Shown here piece after piece: positions 1-13,600 of a DNA stretch of 64,000 nucleotides. Both the position numbers and the translations under genes were made by a program. The stretch's first letter is position 1. Every line of letters begins with the position of its first letter. Below the pieces are notes generated by a model. The model worked only from the letters and a program-made list of their open reading frames with translations. It made no database searches and was not told the origin of the DNA. Origin of the DNA: Lama guanicoe (taxonomy: Eukaryota); assembly GCA_013239625.1 (NCBI GenBank), contig MU053994.1, positions 933,775 to 997,774 on the forward strand. Direction: 5' to 3'.

Positions 1-1286
1 ACCTTTTCAACATAACACTGAGCTTCACAAAGTATTATTTTCATATTGTATCACAAAAGAGAGAACTGTATCTTCAATGTTGAACTTTTAAACTGAATTT
101 TCAATTGAATTAGTAATAATGCCATATTTTTCCCTTTGACAGAATGAACTTCTAAAAACTTTACTTTGATTTCATGAATTAGGTAAAAATAAAATTAAAC
201 CATGATTGAGATTAATAGATTTTCCATTTGAAATTTCCTTGTTCAAGGAATGAACAGCCTCATTAACCAGGAGAGGAAGAGAAGCTCTATGTGGTTTGGA
301 GAACTGAGTTATCTGAGTCCTACATGTTTCCATTCCAATTCCTGGTATTCGTTCTCTCCCAATCCAAATATAACTTTAATGTAAAATCTCTGGTAAACCA
401 ATACAACAGCCTAAGAGTCAAAATTTGACTTTTGTTTTAGTTCTCTCAGCCCAGTGGCTGCAAGGGATAAGAGATGCTTTGAATAAAATCATAGAAATTC
501 CACGGATTTCTGCTTTTGCCTTGATACAAGCTCTCCTCCTTCTTTAAACTGTGAAGTTCAGCTAGAAGCAACTAGCTTATACCGCACATTTGCAATTTCT
601 TAAGCCTTTCATATTATCCTATTACAACTGCCCTTACATCCCTTAGAACTTTACCCAAAATGAGCCTGTTATTCCTAGTGAGCACAGATAATACTTCAAT
701 TAGCTATTTGATTGATGCATGTCTTGGACTGACTCAGTGCCAGTCAGGTTTTCAGAGACATCAACAACGATTAAGAGATAATCAATCTAAGATTTCCCCC
801 CACCTTCCTGAGGATCTGCTGCCTGCAACCATTTCTGGTGCCATTTTCTTGATCAAGTTGATTGTTAAGCAGAAAAGTCACTCATTCATAGTTCTCATAA
901 TTGCTCAGAGGGCTGCAGAACTGGGCTGGAAGCTTAACTTCCAGGAACAGAACTTGAAACCACACCTCAAAATAGACTTGATAAGCTACTGTCACTGATC
1001 AACAGGGGAAGCCCAAATTGCTGCCATCCTGATGCCAGGTCTATGGCAGGAACTCAGTTTTGCAACCATCAAGAAACTACTGTCATTGCCACCACTAGAG
1101 ACTAGACACATCTCCAGAGGAAACAGCAGCATCACAGATTGCTCACTTCTAAACCAGTGTCTCACATGAATGCATCTGTTTGACAGGGTCAAGGTCACGT
1201 CCCTACACACTGAACACAAATAGGGCTGTGAATTTGAGTTTTTACTCTTATGTTGGGAAAAGTGGACTGAGATATGGAAATTCCCT

Positions 1287-2213
1287 CATTTTGGTTACGT
1301 ACTGGTGTGTAACAAGCCACCCAAAAAACTTAGCAGCTTAAAGCAACAACAACATTCACTTTGCTCACGAATCTGCAATTTGGGCAAGATTTGGAGGGGA
1401 CAGTGCATCTGTCTGACTCAGTGTCACTGCGGGTTAGAATCATCTGACAGCTCACTCACTTACATGTCTAGTGATTGATGATGGCTTTCGGGCTGTGACT
1501 TTACCTGGGACCTATGTGTCCTCTCCATAAAAAACCATACTACTTGCCCCTACTCAGTTTACTTTCTACATTTAACTGTATTTGTTAGCATAAATTTAGT
1601 ATTCCAGTAGACTGTTGCCCAGGAAGATAAAAGTTGCAAGTAAAATTATTGCTCTTTATAGGAACTTCCTGAAAGACCTATCACTCTTCAACAGAAGAGT
1701 TTACATACCAAGATTCTTTGAGCCTCTAACCTCAAAATATTCACCTCATGGCCACCAATCCTAAGATCGTTACCCAAACTGAATCAAGCCCCAATTTGAT
1801 AGACCCACTTTAAATCAACCTCCCAGCTCTCAATATATTACCAGATATACTGTCTTCCCTCTCTGAGACTCTTTCAGATTCCATGAGGTAGTGGTTTAAG
1901 CAATATACTCAGCTTTGTGTTATCAATGTGTTGTTCTGGTGATATCTGGGAGGCCGGTATTTGATACCGTGGTGGGGCTTCTTTACAACATGATGATTAG
2001 GTTTCAAGGGTGAGCATCCCCAAAGAGAGAGCTATGTAGAAGTGATACAGCCTTCTATAACCTAGGGTCTAAAGTCACACAGCATCATTTCTGCCACATT
2101 CTAGTCACTGAGGTAACTACAAATGCTCATCCAGTTTCAAGAAAAAGGGTACTAGACTCCACCTTTTGATGGGAGGAATCAAAGATTTTCCAACAGATTT
2201 TAAAACCAACACA
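1287..2213 (-). mobile_element. Old MaLR LTR (MLT1H/I/J-like), split into ~1287-1527 and ~1970-2213
   Basis: Typical MLT1 motifs: gtaacaagccacccaaaaaacttagcagcttaaagcaacaac and aagtcacacagcatcatttctgccacattct ... ctccaccttttgatgggagga. Confidence 0.7.
1528..1969 (+). mobile_element. Insert within the MLT1, possibly an ERV solo LTR (family not assigned)
   Basis: Interrupts the MLT1. Contains a TATA-like segment (~1831), a decayed polyA signal and a U5-like end (caatatactcagctttgtg...tttgata). Confidence 0.35.
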
Positions 2214-2499
2214 TTCTCCAACTGTAGAAAGACTATCCAAAAGCTGATGGGCAACCATGAGTATGAGGACTATGATGAATGCCCTCTACAGAAGGTATAC
2301 ACCAAAATACTGACAGTGTTGAGCTTAAGGAGTAGAATTATAGAAGGATTTTTCTTGTATATTTTCTGAATTTTCTTCAATGAACACATATTCCTTAATT
2401 TAAAAGAAGATATGCAAACACATCCTCAAATCAAAGTTCGATAATAAAGTAAGAAAAAAATTCAGGATAAAATGTCAAACAGAATACCTTGTAACCTAA

Positions 2500-3425
2500 T
2501 TTTTTTAAAAAACTTCAACAGATTTATTGAGATATAATTTTATATCATAAAATTCATTTGGTTTAACTGTACAATTAAATACTTTTTAGTAAATTTATAG
2601 TTTGTAACCATGACCAAAATCCAATTTTAGGACATTTTTACCACCCCAAAAAGATCCCTTCAACCCACTTTTAGTCAATCTCCATTCTCACTTCCAGCCT
2701 ATGAAAACATTATCTAATTTCTGTCTTTATAGATTTGCCAGTTCTCATATAATATGCAGTCTTTTGTATCTGACTTCTTTCCCTTAGCACAGTGTTCTTG
2801 TAGCATGTATCAATCCTTTATTCCTTTTTATTGCTAAGTAAAATTCCACTGTATAGATATGCCACAATTTGTTTATTTACTCTCCAGTTGATGAGTATTT
2901 GGACTGTTTCAGTTTTTGACTATTATAAATAATGCTGCTATGAACATCCACATATAAGTCTTTGTGTGAATGCTGTTTTCATTTTTCTTGGGTAGATACC
3001 CAGGAGTAGAATGGCCGGGTCATATGATAAATGCACGTTTACCTTTTTAAGAGACTGCCAAACTTTTCCCAAAGTTGCTGAATCATCTTACATATCTTCC
3101 ACAAATGTATTAAGTTCCCATTTCTCCTTATCTTCCCTAACACTGTCTAATGTCTGTCCTTCTGATTGCAGCCATTCTTGTGGGTGTAAGGTGGTATCTC
3201 ATTTTGGTTTTTATTTGCATTTGCCTAATGACTAATGATATTCAGCATCTTTTCATGTACTTCTTAGCCAGTTGTATGTCTTCTTTGGTGAAACATCTAT
3301 TCAAATTTTCTTGTTTTTAATTTTATTATTTGCCTGGTTATTGAGTTGTAAGAGTTCTTTATATATTCTGGATATAAGACTTTTCAGATATATAATTTGC
3401 AAATATTTTCTTCTAGTCTATAACC
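2500..3425 (-). mobile_element. L1MB-type LINE 3' end
   Basis: tttattgagatataatt..., aataatgctgctatgaacat, gggtagatacccaggagtagaatggccgggtcatatg. Confidence 0.85.
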
Positions 3426-4589
3426 TTTCTCTCAGTCGGGGACCTAGATTTTATGGTTTCAATAGTATAATTATCACCAATTATTTGATTTTGTTCATGG
3501 AATGCACCAAATTTGAAGAAGACTGAATTAATGAGAAGATGTGCTTTGGTAGAGCTCTGTTTCTAAGGTTTGAAATTGAAAAGGCAATTGCAGTTGTCTG
3601 ATAGCTGGCAATAACGTAGTAACTTTGGAAAGCCTGTTAATTATATCTTGACCACCAACTTGCATCAGGCAAAAAAATACAGAAATCATATACAAGATGA
3701 CGAAATACATCTCGAAAAAAACAAATCAATATATTTAGTACATGTCTCTCCCACTGGTTTAAATTCCAGCAGCACTGTTTTGCCTTGATTGTCTAGGGAT
3801 TGAACATCAAAATGTAAAAGCATATTTTCCAAAATGATAAACCAAGGGTTTTCTGAGATAAGCGTTTCATATTTCAAAAGGAAGGTCAGAGTTCTGGACT
3901 TCGATTTCACAACTGAAATGTAAATAAATTTAACATTTTCTCTGCATCTGGATGATTTTATCGATGTAAAATAAAGCAAGTGGCTCAATTTGGCAAACAT
4001 TTATTGAGCATCTGTTAAATGAGGCCTTTGCTAGATGTGGCAGGGAATATAAGGACAAGAATAACTGCTCAATTGTGGCTTACTAAACAAGGTAACAGAT
4101 AACCTAAGTGGTGAGATGTGCAGGACAATTTTATGAGTTACTACCGATAAGCTCAGGTCTGTATTCTGTTAGTGAAGATTAAAATTGTACTAGAGGATAT
4201 AAGAATAACTCACTTTTCACTGGGTCCCCAAAGGATGCGAAAACTCAGTAAATTCCAAATACATTTACGTTCCCAAGGACTTAGAAAAAGGATGGAACAA
4301 AAGTAACATTTTTCAATCCTTAGCACATCATCTTTCTTGAAGACACAAAATTGGCTTCAAGGGCCCCATTCAGGGTCACACCTGCCTTTGGGCTTGGGAG
4401 ACTGATGTCTGACCCTCTCAGAGACAAGTCCTAAGGTTGGGAAACATTTTTTTTCAATTATTAGTACATTTCCTTATACAAAGGAGAGGACTGAACATGT
4501 GAATTTTATTATTTTACCTCTAGTTTTGAGAAAGTGGGTATTTTGTTTGCTTGTTTATCCCACCAGTGCTTGAACATAAATATTAATAT

Positions 4590-5135
4590 TTCCCCCATTT
4601 TTATATAAAAGTTAGCGTATGCACTGTACTGCATCTTGACATTTTTATTTAATAACATATTTTAGAATTTGTAGCATATCAGCACATAAAAAGCATCCTC
4701 AATCTTTTCATATTTGCTTAGCATTTTATTGTGAGGATGTTTCTTAAACCAATCCTAAATTGATGGACATTTGGTGGCTTCCAAACTTCTAACTATTAGC
4801 CAAAATTTAAAAAAACTATAATGAACAACCTTGCATATACATTTTGTTATATATGTGTGTGTGCACATGTGGTAGATAAAGGTACATCTTGATGCCTGTA
4901 AAAAGTCTCCAAGTCTCCTTACGTCTGCTTAGGGACACTGTATTATCTATATAAATTCGGCTACAAAAGAAATACTTGACAGAATAAGCGAAATGTATAT
5001 GCACACATGTACATGTCCAGAAGTAGAATTCCTGGGTCCAAACTGCATGTGTAATTTTGATGAATACTGCCAAATTACCTTTCATAAGAGATATACTATT
5101 TTCCACCAGAAACGTATGTGGGTGCTTGTTTCATT
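4590..5135 (-). mobile_element. Old L1ME-type fragments
   Basis: tgatggacatttggtggcttcca, ccagaagtagaattcctgggtc motifs. Confidence 0.55.
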
Positions 5136-6112
5136 ACAGAGAGGGTCAAAGTTTTCAATGAACTCAGTTATTTTTTTAGCAACAACAAAATAAACCAAAA
5201 TAAATCCCCAAAACGAAAAATTAGTTTCACAGTCCCTCAGTGAGAATCAGGCTTTATTTTTTCCCCTGCATAGGCGAGTTCATTCTCCCAATTTGCAGAC
5301 TGGCTAACCCAAGTGCAAATAGGCTCTTATCTAAATATAGGCCTCAAGTTATTACATTTAAAAAATTCTTTTCTTCTGGTTTCTGCAAAAATTTCTGTTT
5401 ACATGATACATTTCCTTTTAACTATTTCTCCTTAAAAATTTGAAATATTTGATCCATCAGGACAGAATGGTGGTAGCTCCAAACGGAGAGACAGGCTTAC
5501 ATTAATATACAGTATGAAATCATTCCACCTCTTTACTCAAAGAAGAAAGGTCCCTGGAGCTTTCTTCTCCCTTACTGTCAGACACATTACCAGGTTTTGA
5601 GATACAAAGAACTAAAACCCCCTCACACATTTATAATTTATCTTTTTTACGCTTTTCCACATAACTAAAAATTACTTAAAATATAAAATCATTCATTTAG
5701 AAAAAGATTTTTCAAATGATTTTCCCATAAAGAAAAATTGATTTGGTTTTATTCAGAGAAAAACACAAAAACAAGCTTGGCGGTACTATTAACATAGCTT
5801 AGTTTAAAACAATGACATGAGGTTGATCAAAAATTTATAATGCTTTGATATATAACCCTACATGGATAAGCAAAATTTGGGGTCCTATTAATGCGTGGTA
5901 TTATAACAATAACCACAATAACTCACATTTTATGGTGTTTGATAGTTTACAAAGCACTTCCGTGTACATGATAGCAATTCCAGCTGCTGTTGGTTATATA
6001 AACCAGGTATTTTGATAACTGTACACTAGAAAGTATTAGTCTCTTTTCACCCAAGACGAGGGAAATGAAAATGCATTATTTGCTTAAGTTCGGAAAGCCA
6101 CTGAATGGTAAA

Positions 6113-6352
6113 TCACAGAGACAAGAAGTAGAATGGTGGTTGCCAGGAGACACAGGGAGAGGGGAATGGGGAATTATGGTTTAATGGGGGTAGAGTTTTA
6201 GTTTTTCAAGATGAAAAGAGTTCTGGAGATGAATGGTGGTGAAAGCTGGACAACAATATGAATGTGCCTAATCCACTGAACTGTACTTAAAATGGTTAAG
6301 GTGCTACATTTTCTGTTCTGTGCATTTTATCACAATAAAAAAATGGGAGGAT
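6113..6352 (+). mobile_element. 5'-truncated L1MB 3' end inserted in a MIR
   Basis: agtagaatggtggttgccagg...gatgaaaagagttctggagatg...cacaataaaaaaa; decayed flanking direct repeats. Confidence 0.85.
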
Positions 6353-6414
6353 AAAGCTAGTGGATGGTGAAGCTGGAATTTGATTTCATTTCAGTCCAAC
6401 TTTTTCTTTCTACT

Positions 6415-7025
6415 CAGGGTAGTTATTATCCCCATGTTACAGATGAGGGGACTAAAGCCCAGAAGGACTGAACTGACTTAAGTTACATAATTATTAAGTG
6501 GCAGAGTTGAAGTTCAATCCAGCGGAAGTGATTTTATAACCACAGGCTAAGCACAGGAAGTCAAAATAAAACCAAGGGCTCATCTAACTATTAAGGGTTC
6601 AGTAATATTGGGTTAATCACTTTACTTGTCTGGGCTGCAGTTTACTCAGTTGTAAAATGAAGGGATGGATATAGATCAGAGGTTTTTTTTTAATTCAGTA
6701 TTTTTGATCATGATGTCCAGTAAGAAATGTTTTATACTGACCTAGTACACACACGCACCCCTTGCCCTAAGTTGGGTTTCCCAGAAGCAGACCTTGAGAT
6801 AAGGATTTGAGTGCAAGTGATTTATCAAGGCACAGTGTTATTACAACAACAGCCAACATTCATTGAACACCCACTATGCCAGAACGATTCCAAACACTTC
6901 ATATACATCACCTTGTGAAGACAATAAGGTGACAACTATTAATAACCCCATTTTACAGATGTGAAGACTGTTAAGTGGCAGAGGTCAGGAGGAAACCCAG
7001 GCAGTCTGACTCCAAAACCTGTTGT
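6415..7025. mobile_element. Cluster of MIR SINE fragments (interspersed with other old repeats)
   Basis: cccatgttacagatgagggg, ccattttacagatgtgaagact, cccaggcagtctgactcca. Confidence 0.7.
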
Positions 7026-7669
7026 CAAGAGGGCAGGCTCCTGCATCAGTCTGTTTGGGTTCAAATCCTGATGCCAACAGTCAATCAATAAATGTTTCTA
7101 ACTATAATCATGATATAACTCAATTATTGACAGCCATCAGCTCACTGATGGGAATAATTCTTACAAAAGGAAGTTTATGGTCAGGGTCATGTACATCAAC
7201 TGAATTCAAAGGTTAACTCGTTGATAATCAACTCAATGTTCTGCTCTGCTTTAGTCATGCTGGCCCAGTCTTCACCTTAAATTCAGCCACTTAACCCATT
7301 TAAGTAAGATGGGGTTCTGGCCTGGGTTATGTAACATCTGCATGCTTGAATAGCTAAAGTACACTTCACTGTAACTAGAAGGAAGGAATTTCAACATACT
7401 CATTTTTATATATTGTGTTAATGAAGTGCAAAGATACTTCTTAACAAATGAATCTAATTAAGATGTATTAGTCATCATTATGTAGAGAATATTTCTACTG
7501 AAGTCAATGAACACTAACCATTCTTTGGATTTCAAAAATAGGGTCAACAAACATTATGATATAAATGACTAAAAATGGTTAAAAAATTGCACAGAACCTG
7601 GATACCTGGAACTATTATCTTTTTGGCTGAATTAATTTGAGCCAAGTTTCCATCAATAATATCTTTCAT

Positions 7670-8196
7670 GTCACAGGATAGATACAGGTATTTATTATGA
7701 CACAGGTAGTGGAGTCAGAATAAAAGCATAACATTATTTTAATAAAAGGTTATGAGTAATCAAAGATTTATATACATAAATGAACTGAAAGCTGCCACCA
7801 CTCTTAGGCTGGAGCCCACAAGCCTGTACTTGCTGCTGATCTGTAAGAGGTACTGTTACTGCCTCTTTTGGGGCTACTGCTACCACTGAGTAGAAGCCCA
7901 GGAGTCCATAGCCTTATTGATGCTGTTAAAACTGCCACAGATGTTTTGGGAACAAATAGTTGCCTGTTGTCATTGTTGCTGCCTCTATTGCAATTGGAAG
8001 GACCCCTAGAGACAGACAGAAAGGCTACTCTCTTTTCCACCTTATCGTCTCTCCACCAGTGCCTCCCAGTAGCAAACCTAACAGGACGCAAGCTGAAAGG
8101 GAATATGAAAAATGTAGTGTGCTGGTTTCTAAACCCCTGTGATCCAGAGAAGAACACTGAAAGCACAGCTGAGAATCAAGTGGAAAATGACTGCAC
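7670..8196 (-). mobile_element. Old ERVL-class LTR (LTR33/LTR41-like)
   Basis: ccagtgcctcccagtagcaaacctaacagga...aaatgtagt...aatgactgcaca resembles that LTR terminus; the left boundary is uncertain. Confidence 0.4.
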
Positions 8197-9004
8197 AGTA
8201 ACAACATTTATTTAACTAATCCCCCACTGCTGGGTATTTAGATTATTTCTTTGGAAATACAAAATGTGGAAAGCAAAGCCATCAATGGGATAGTTTTTGA
8301 ACCCAATGGACAATGATATTTAATCTCCAAGAAAGGTATATAAGACCGGATGTGTCCTCCTTGAGCTCAGCAACAAATGATACGTAAAATAGTGGCTCTA
8401 AGTAGCTCTGCTCTGTCCCTCCATGAGTAGATTTGTGTCATAACGAAAGGAAGAACACTGGGGTTCTGTCCATGTGGACCTATAACACATAGTGCATTCC
8501 CATTTGGTTGAGATCTGAAGGGATTATTCTGAAGTCATAATTAAAATTTTTTGTTTCCCCAAATATACAAAAGTGTTACCAGCATCTCCCTATGACCAAC
8601 AGCCACAGGATAAATATAAAATCCCAATAACAATTTTTCAAAAAGCATTTCTAGGGTTTAGCCTCTATACACAGTGTTTCTTTTTAATAATTTTTATTAT
8701 AAATGTCATACTGCTTGTAAAAAAAAATCAAATGAGCATTTTCAGAGGTGAAATTCCATCCTAATACCATTCAAAGATTATCATGTATGTTTCATCCTGA
8801 TTTTTTCCTATGAACACTCTAATACATTATATCATTATATTCACAGAATATTATGATTCTCTTCTGGAATTTGTTTTCATATGTAAAAATTATATATTAT
8901 GTATTATATCTTGATGGACCTTTTGTTTTAATACAGTTAAATATACCTAATATATAAAAACTATATCATAGTGTTCTGTAGTATGGAGATGCTAAAATTT
9001 ATTT

Positions 9005-9115
9005 TATTGTTCGTCTTCTCCAGTAGAGTGCAAGCTCCCTGAGAACAGGGTCCTGCTTTGGTCTGGTCACAACTATATTTCCAGGGCTTAGACAAGCACC
9101 TGGCAAATAGCAGAT
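9005..9115 (+). mobile_element. L2 3' end fragment
   Basis: tagagtgcaagctccctgagaacaggg...cacctggcaaatagcag. Confidence 0.7.
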
Positions 9116-10529
9116 GTTTAAAATTCTGTAGAATGACTAAGCGGCAAAATACTATTGATGAATATTTGTATTATTTCTATTTTCACTATTCCAATAGTGA
9201 TTTTCACAATTAGTAATCTTATAAATATATGCTGTACATTTATTTTTGTAGGGAAAACTGATAGAGGAATTGCTGGGTCAAAAAAAAAATGGAAGAACTT
9301 CAACCCTTCTCAAATTCCTCCCAACATGTTCAGGAAGTCTGCAGTGTGAAGGGAGGTGGCACTTGTATTTACAAGTGTGGCCTTCCTTTAGTGCTGCCAC
9401 TGTAGTCTCACAAATGCAGTCCTGTTACAAGGTGGCGCTGGCCTTTTCCTTCCTTTTAGCTTGTGCTGTTTGAGGAAGTTGTCTGAGCCTCTTATGTTTC
9501 TATCCCATGTTCTGAGACAATTCGGCTGTCATTCTGCTGAAATGAGAACAGCACCCTTTGTCCCTGCAATTTTTGGTTAAGCAGGCTATACTGGCTGCAA
9601 AACTTTGTGCTCCCAACATCTTTACGAAATTCTTTTCTAATCTAGTGTTTTTTTTAATGTTTCCCCCCAAGGCTCAGGGGTAAATGTCTACTGAGGAAAG
9701 ACGAGGGCCTGCATCATTCATTCCACGTATAATACATCGAGCTGTTCTCAGAACAATCCTAACCATCTGATGTTTACACCAAGGCTCCTTAGACCAAATC
9801 GGCAAACCTTAGGTCTTTCCTCTCTTTGGTTGAGTGCTTTCCCGAGTGGCTTTTGCAAACATACCTTTAGCAGGTCCTGTCTCAGTCCTGTAGACATTTC
9901 TGAATCCCAGGGTAAAAGTCATTTTGGGTGCTCAGGTAGGGACCCCTGGAAACACAAAGATATATTAATAAATATAGAAATTTAGATGGATGGACATATG
10001 CTCAAAGTTCATTTAAGCAAATTTTCAGGATAGTTCAAGGCTTCCCCTCCTTGATTCCTAAAACTTTAATATTTTAATCTTTTGTGTAGAGGGCTTCCTT
10101 TGTAAAATATTTTTCTTTATTATAAATGTTATATATAATCATTTAGAAATTTGGGGAAATAGAGTAAACATAAAAAATAGGAAATAAAATCACCTATAAC
10201 CCCACCCCTCTACAGCTACCAGTGTGAAAATTTTCTTCCAATTTCTTTTCTATATATTCTTACATTTCTTAGTATTATAACAAAAATTTATCTTTGTGAC
10301 TAAAAAAGTTCTTCACATACCTACTTTAATACTAATACATACTAATAACCATAAACTAGTCCCTTGCTCAGATGTACCATATATTGGGATTATGCATTTT
10401 AAAAGCTGTCCCCCAAATTTAGTCAGACTAGCAGTAAGTCATATTCAATTCCTCCTTTTCCTTCATGACCCAAACCCACTTAGTCCTGAGGGCTGTCTGT
10501 TCTACTTCTGAACAATTTCTTCTGTCTGT

Positions 10530-10700
10530 CCGAGGGGTTTCAATCCCAGCTAGAGTGTCTGGTGAGCTTTTAAAAATACTGATTGCTGGGACCCCACCAC
10601 AGACCAAGTTAATCAGAACCTCTGGGAGATGAAGCCCAGGCATCCAGAAGTCTAAAAGCTCCCCAATGGATTTCAATGTAGCCGGAGTTGAGATGCATTG
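10530..10700. mobile_element. MER5A (hAT-Charlie MITE)
   Basis: gagcttttaaaaatactgattgctgggaccccacc...atcagaacctctggg. Confidence 0.75.
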
Positions 10701-10714
10701 TCCCCGCCCCTCCT

Positions 10715-12735
10715 CCAGCCCCACTGCCACTTCCTACGGCCCAGCCCTCTCATCAACTCCTACCTAGGTTATTGCAATTACCTCCTAACCCTTTTCCTGT
10801 TTCTAGTCTCTCTCTTCTGTCGGCTTTAATCCTGCATACTGCTTCCCAAATTATGTAGCTAGAACATGAGTCAGATCATGTCACTCCCCTACTGAGAGAC
10901 CCCTCACTGCTCCCTACTGCCTAAACCAGAGTCAAACTTGGCCTGAGCAAGGTCCTCCTCCAACCTACACTTCTGCATCCTTTCCTACTCTGTGGCTTCT
11001 AGTACACCTCACCACTCATCTGAGTTAGCTTTCAGCTTTTGTTCATGCTGTTTCTTAGCTGTAATGAGCTCATCCATTGCTCAAAGACCACTATTATCTT
11101 ATTCATATTTCAAAGTCCATTTCAAATATCACATTTTTCTTCAATCAGTCAACAATCATCTACCAAGTGACTACTATATACCATCCGTCTGTTCAATAAT
11201 TTTTGCATTGCTACTATATCGAGGTACTGGGGATACAACAGTGAACAAAACGACCAGTCTGTGTGGAGATTAGTGGGAGAGGCGGACAACAAAACAAGCA
11301 CAACGAATAAGAAAATGTTAGATAAGAGCAATGCAGAGAATTAGAACATAGAGTGACTAGGTGGCTATTTTCAACAGGGTGGCTATTTTCATCTGAAGTG
11401 GCCTTTCTGAGGAGGTGATATCTATACTGAGATCTAAATGATAGAAAGGAAGGGACCAACCATTCAGAGTTTAAGGGGCAAAGCATCTAAAGATAGGACC
11501 AACCAGTGTGAAGGCTTTCAGGCAAAATGAAGTCTGATTGAAGAACAGAAAGAAGGCCAGAGAAGCTGAAGCACCGGGGTAAAGGGAGAGTCATGGGAGA
11601 GGAAGGCGGAGCCAGCTCATGTATGCTTCCTAAGTCAAGGTAAAGAGTTGAAATTTGATAAGAGGAAAAATAAACAAATGTGACCTAATTAAACTTATAA
11701 GCTTTTGCACAGCAAAAGAAACCATGAGCAAAACAACACGATAACATATGGAATGGGAGAAAATATTTGCAAATGATGTGACTGACAAAGGCTTAATTTC
11801 CAGAATATATATAACAGCTCATACAACTTAGTAACAAAAAACAAAGCAAAACAAAAAAAAACCCAATCCAAAAATGGGCAGAAGACCTAAACAAGTAATT
11901 CTCCAATGAAGACATACAAATGGCCAATAGGCACATGAAAAATGCTCAATATAGCTAATTATCAGAGAAATGCAAATCAAACTATAACGAGGTATCACGT
12001 CACACCAGTTAGAATGGCCATCAATCATGAAAAGAGAACCCTCCTGCACTGTTGGTGGGAGTGTAGTTTTGTGCAGCCACTATGGAGGACAGTATGGAGA
12101 TTCCTCAAAAAAATAAAAATAGACTTACCCTATGATGCAGCAATCCCACTCCTGGGCTATATTGGAGGGAACTGTAATTTGAAAAGATACATGCACGCCA
12201 ATGTTCATAGCAGCACTATATGCAATAACCAAGACATGGAAACAACCTAAATGTCCATGGACAGATGACTGGATAAAGAAGTTGTACTATATTTATACAA
12301 TGGAATATTACTCAGCCATAAAAGAATAAAATAATGCCATTTGCAGTAACATGGATGGACCTAGTGATCATCATTCTCAGTGAAGTAAGCCAGAAAGAGA
12401 AAGAAAAATACCATATGATATCATTCCTATGTGGAATCTAAAAAAAAAAGAAAAAAGAAAAAAAGGGACACTATGAACTCATCTACAAAACAGAAACAGA
12501 CTTGCAGACACAGTAAACAAATCTTATGGTTACCAGGCAGAGGGGGTAGAAAGGGATAAATTTGGGATAGTCAAAATTTGATTCTTTGTGTAATGATGGG
12601 AAATCACTGGAGGGGTTTAAGCAAGAGAGTGACATGATATGGTTTGTGTTTGAACAAGATCACTCTGGTTGCTGTGTGAACAATAGATTGAGGCGGTGAC
12701 AGTAGGAACAGGGACCAGGTAGGTGCTTTGCTGGC
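10715..12735. mobile_element. L2 remnants (~10715-11000, 11141-11659, 12583-12735); the last two are one element split by a younger L1
   Basis: ggggatacaacagtgaacaaaac, ggcctttctgaggaggtgatat, gggaaatcactggaggggtttaagcaagagagtgacatgat. Confidence 0.75.
11660..12570 (+). mobile_element. Younger L1 fragment: ORF2 C-terminus plus start of the 3'UTR, no polyA tail
   Basis: ORF 11942-12250 contains RYHVTPVRMA and [24 protein letters not shown]...[11 protein letters not shown], typical of the L1 ORF2p cysteine-rich C-terminus. Frameshifts and a short internal deletion near 12025. Confidence 0.92.
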
Positions 12736-12985
12736 AGTCTAGTTTTCCTTGAAGTATTTGTTCAATTTAAGGCAAATAAAACCCAAAAGCTCCCCTTGTT
12801 TTTAAGCAAAATATTCCAACTCTGATTTATTATCATCTAATAGGACCTGGATGGGTTGACCTCTCTCCAGCCTCCTGTACACTACTTTTGCCCCTGCTGT
12901 TGAGCCTTGCTGAACTTCTGTCAGCTCCCCAAATGTACCATTCCTTCAGGCCACAGGGCATTTGAACTTGCTGTGGTTATATGTT

Positions 12986-13554
12986 ATTTGCATGTATCAC
13001 AAAATACACATAACATAAAATTTACTACTTTAACCATTTAAAAGTATACAATTCAGTGGCAATAAGTATATTCACAACGTTGTACAATCATCATCACTAT
13101 CTAGCTCCAGAACTTTTTCATCACCTCAAGAAGAAACACTGTACCTATTAAGTAGTCACTTTCCATCCCCTCCTCCTCCATCCCCAGGCAACCAGACCAT
13201 TAATCTGCTTTCCATCTCTATGGATTTGCCTGTTCTGGATAGTTCATACAAATGGAATCATACAATATGTGGTATTTGTGTCCAACTTCTTTCACTCAGT
13301 ATAAAGTTTCCAAGATTCATCCATATTGTCAGTATATCATTCCTTTTTATGACCAAGCAATATTCCATTGTGTGGATTTACCACATCTTGTTTATCCATT
13401 CCTTAGTTGACAGACATTTGTTTAGGCTGTTTCCACCTTTCAGCTACTGTGACTAGTGCTGCTGTGAACACTCATGTACGTGTTTTTGTTAGAACACCTG
13501 CTTTCAATTCTTTTGGGCATATACCTAGCAGTGGAACTGCTGGGTGATATGGTA
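12986..13554 (-). mobile_element. L1MB-type 3' end
   Basis: aaaatacacataacataaaatttact..., tggatttgcctgttctgga, atatacctagcagtggaactgctgggt. Confidence 0.85.
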
Positions 13555-13600
13555 GCTGTGGTTATATGTTGAGGGACTGAAGATCAGTGAATCTTAGACA

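Noticed and set aside
660..1219. ORFs of 112 and 75 aa near the window start
   Set aside because: No recognisable protein family or exon structure; probably old LTR-like or neutral DNA that I could not assign.
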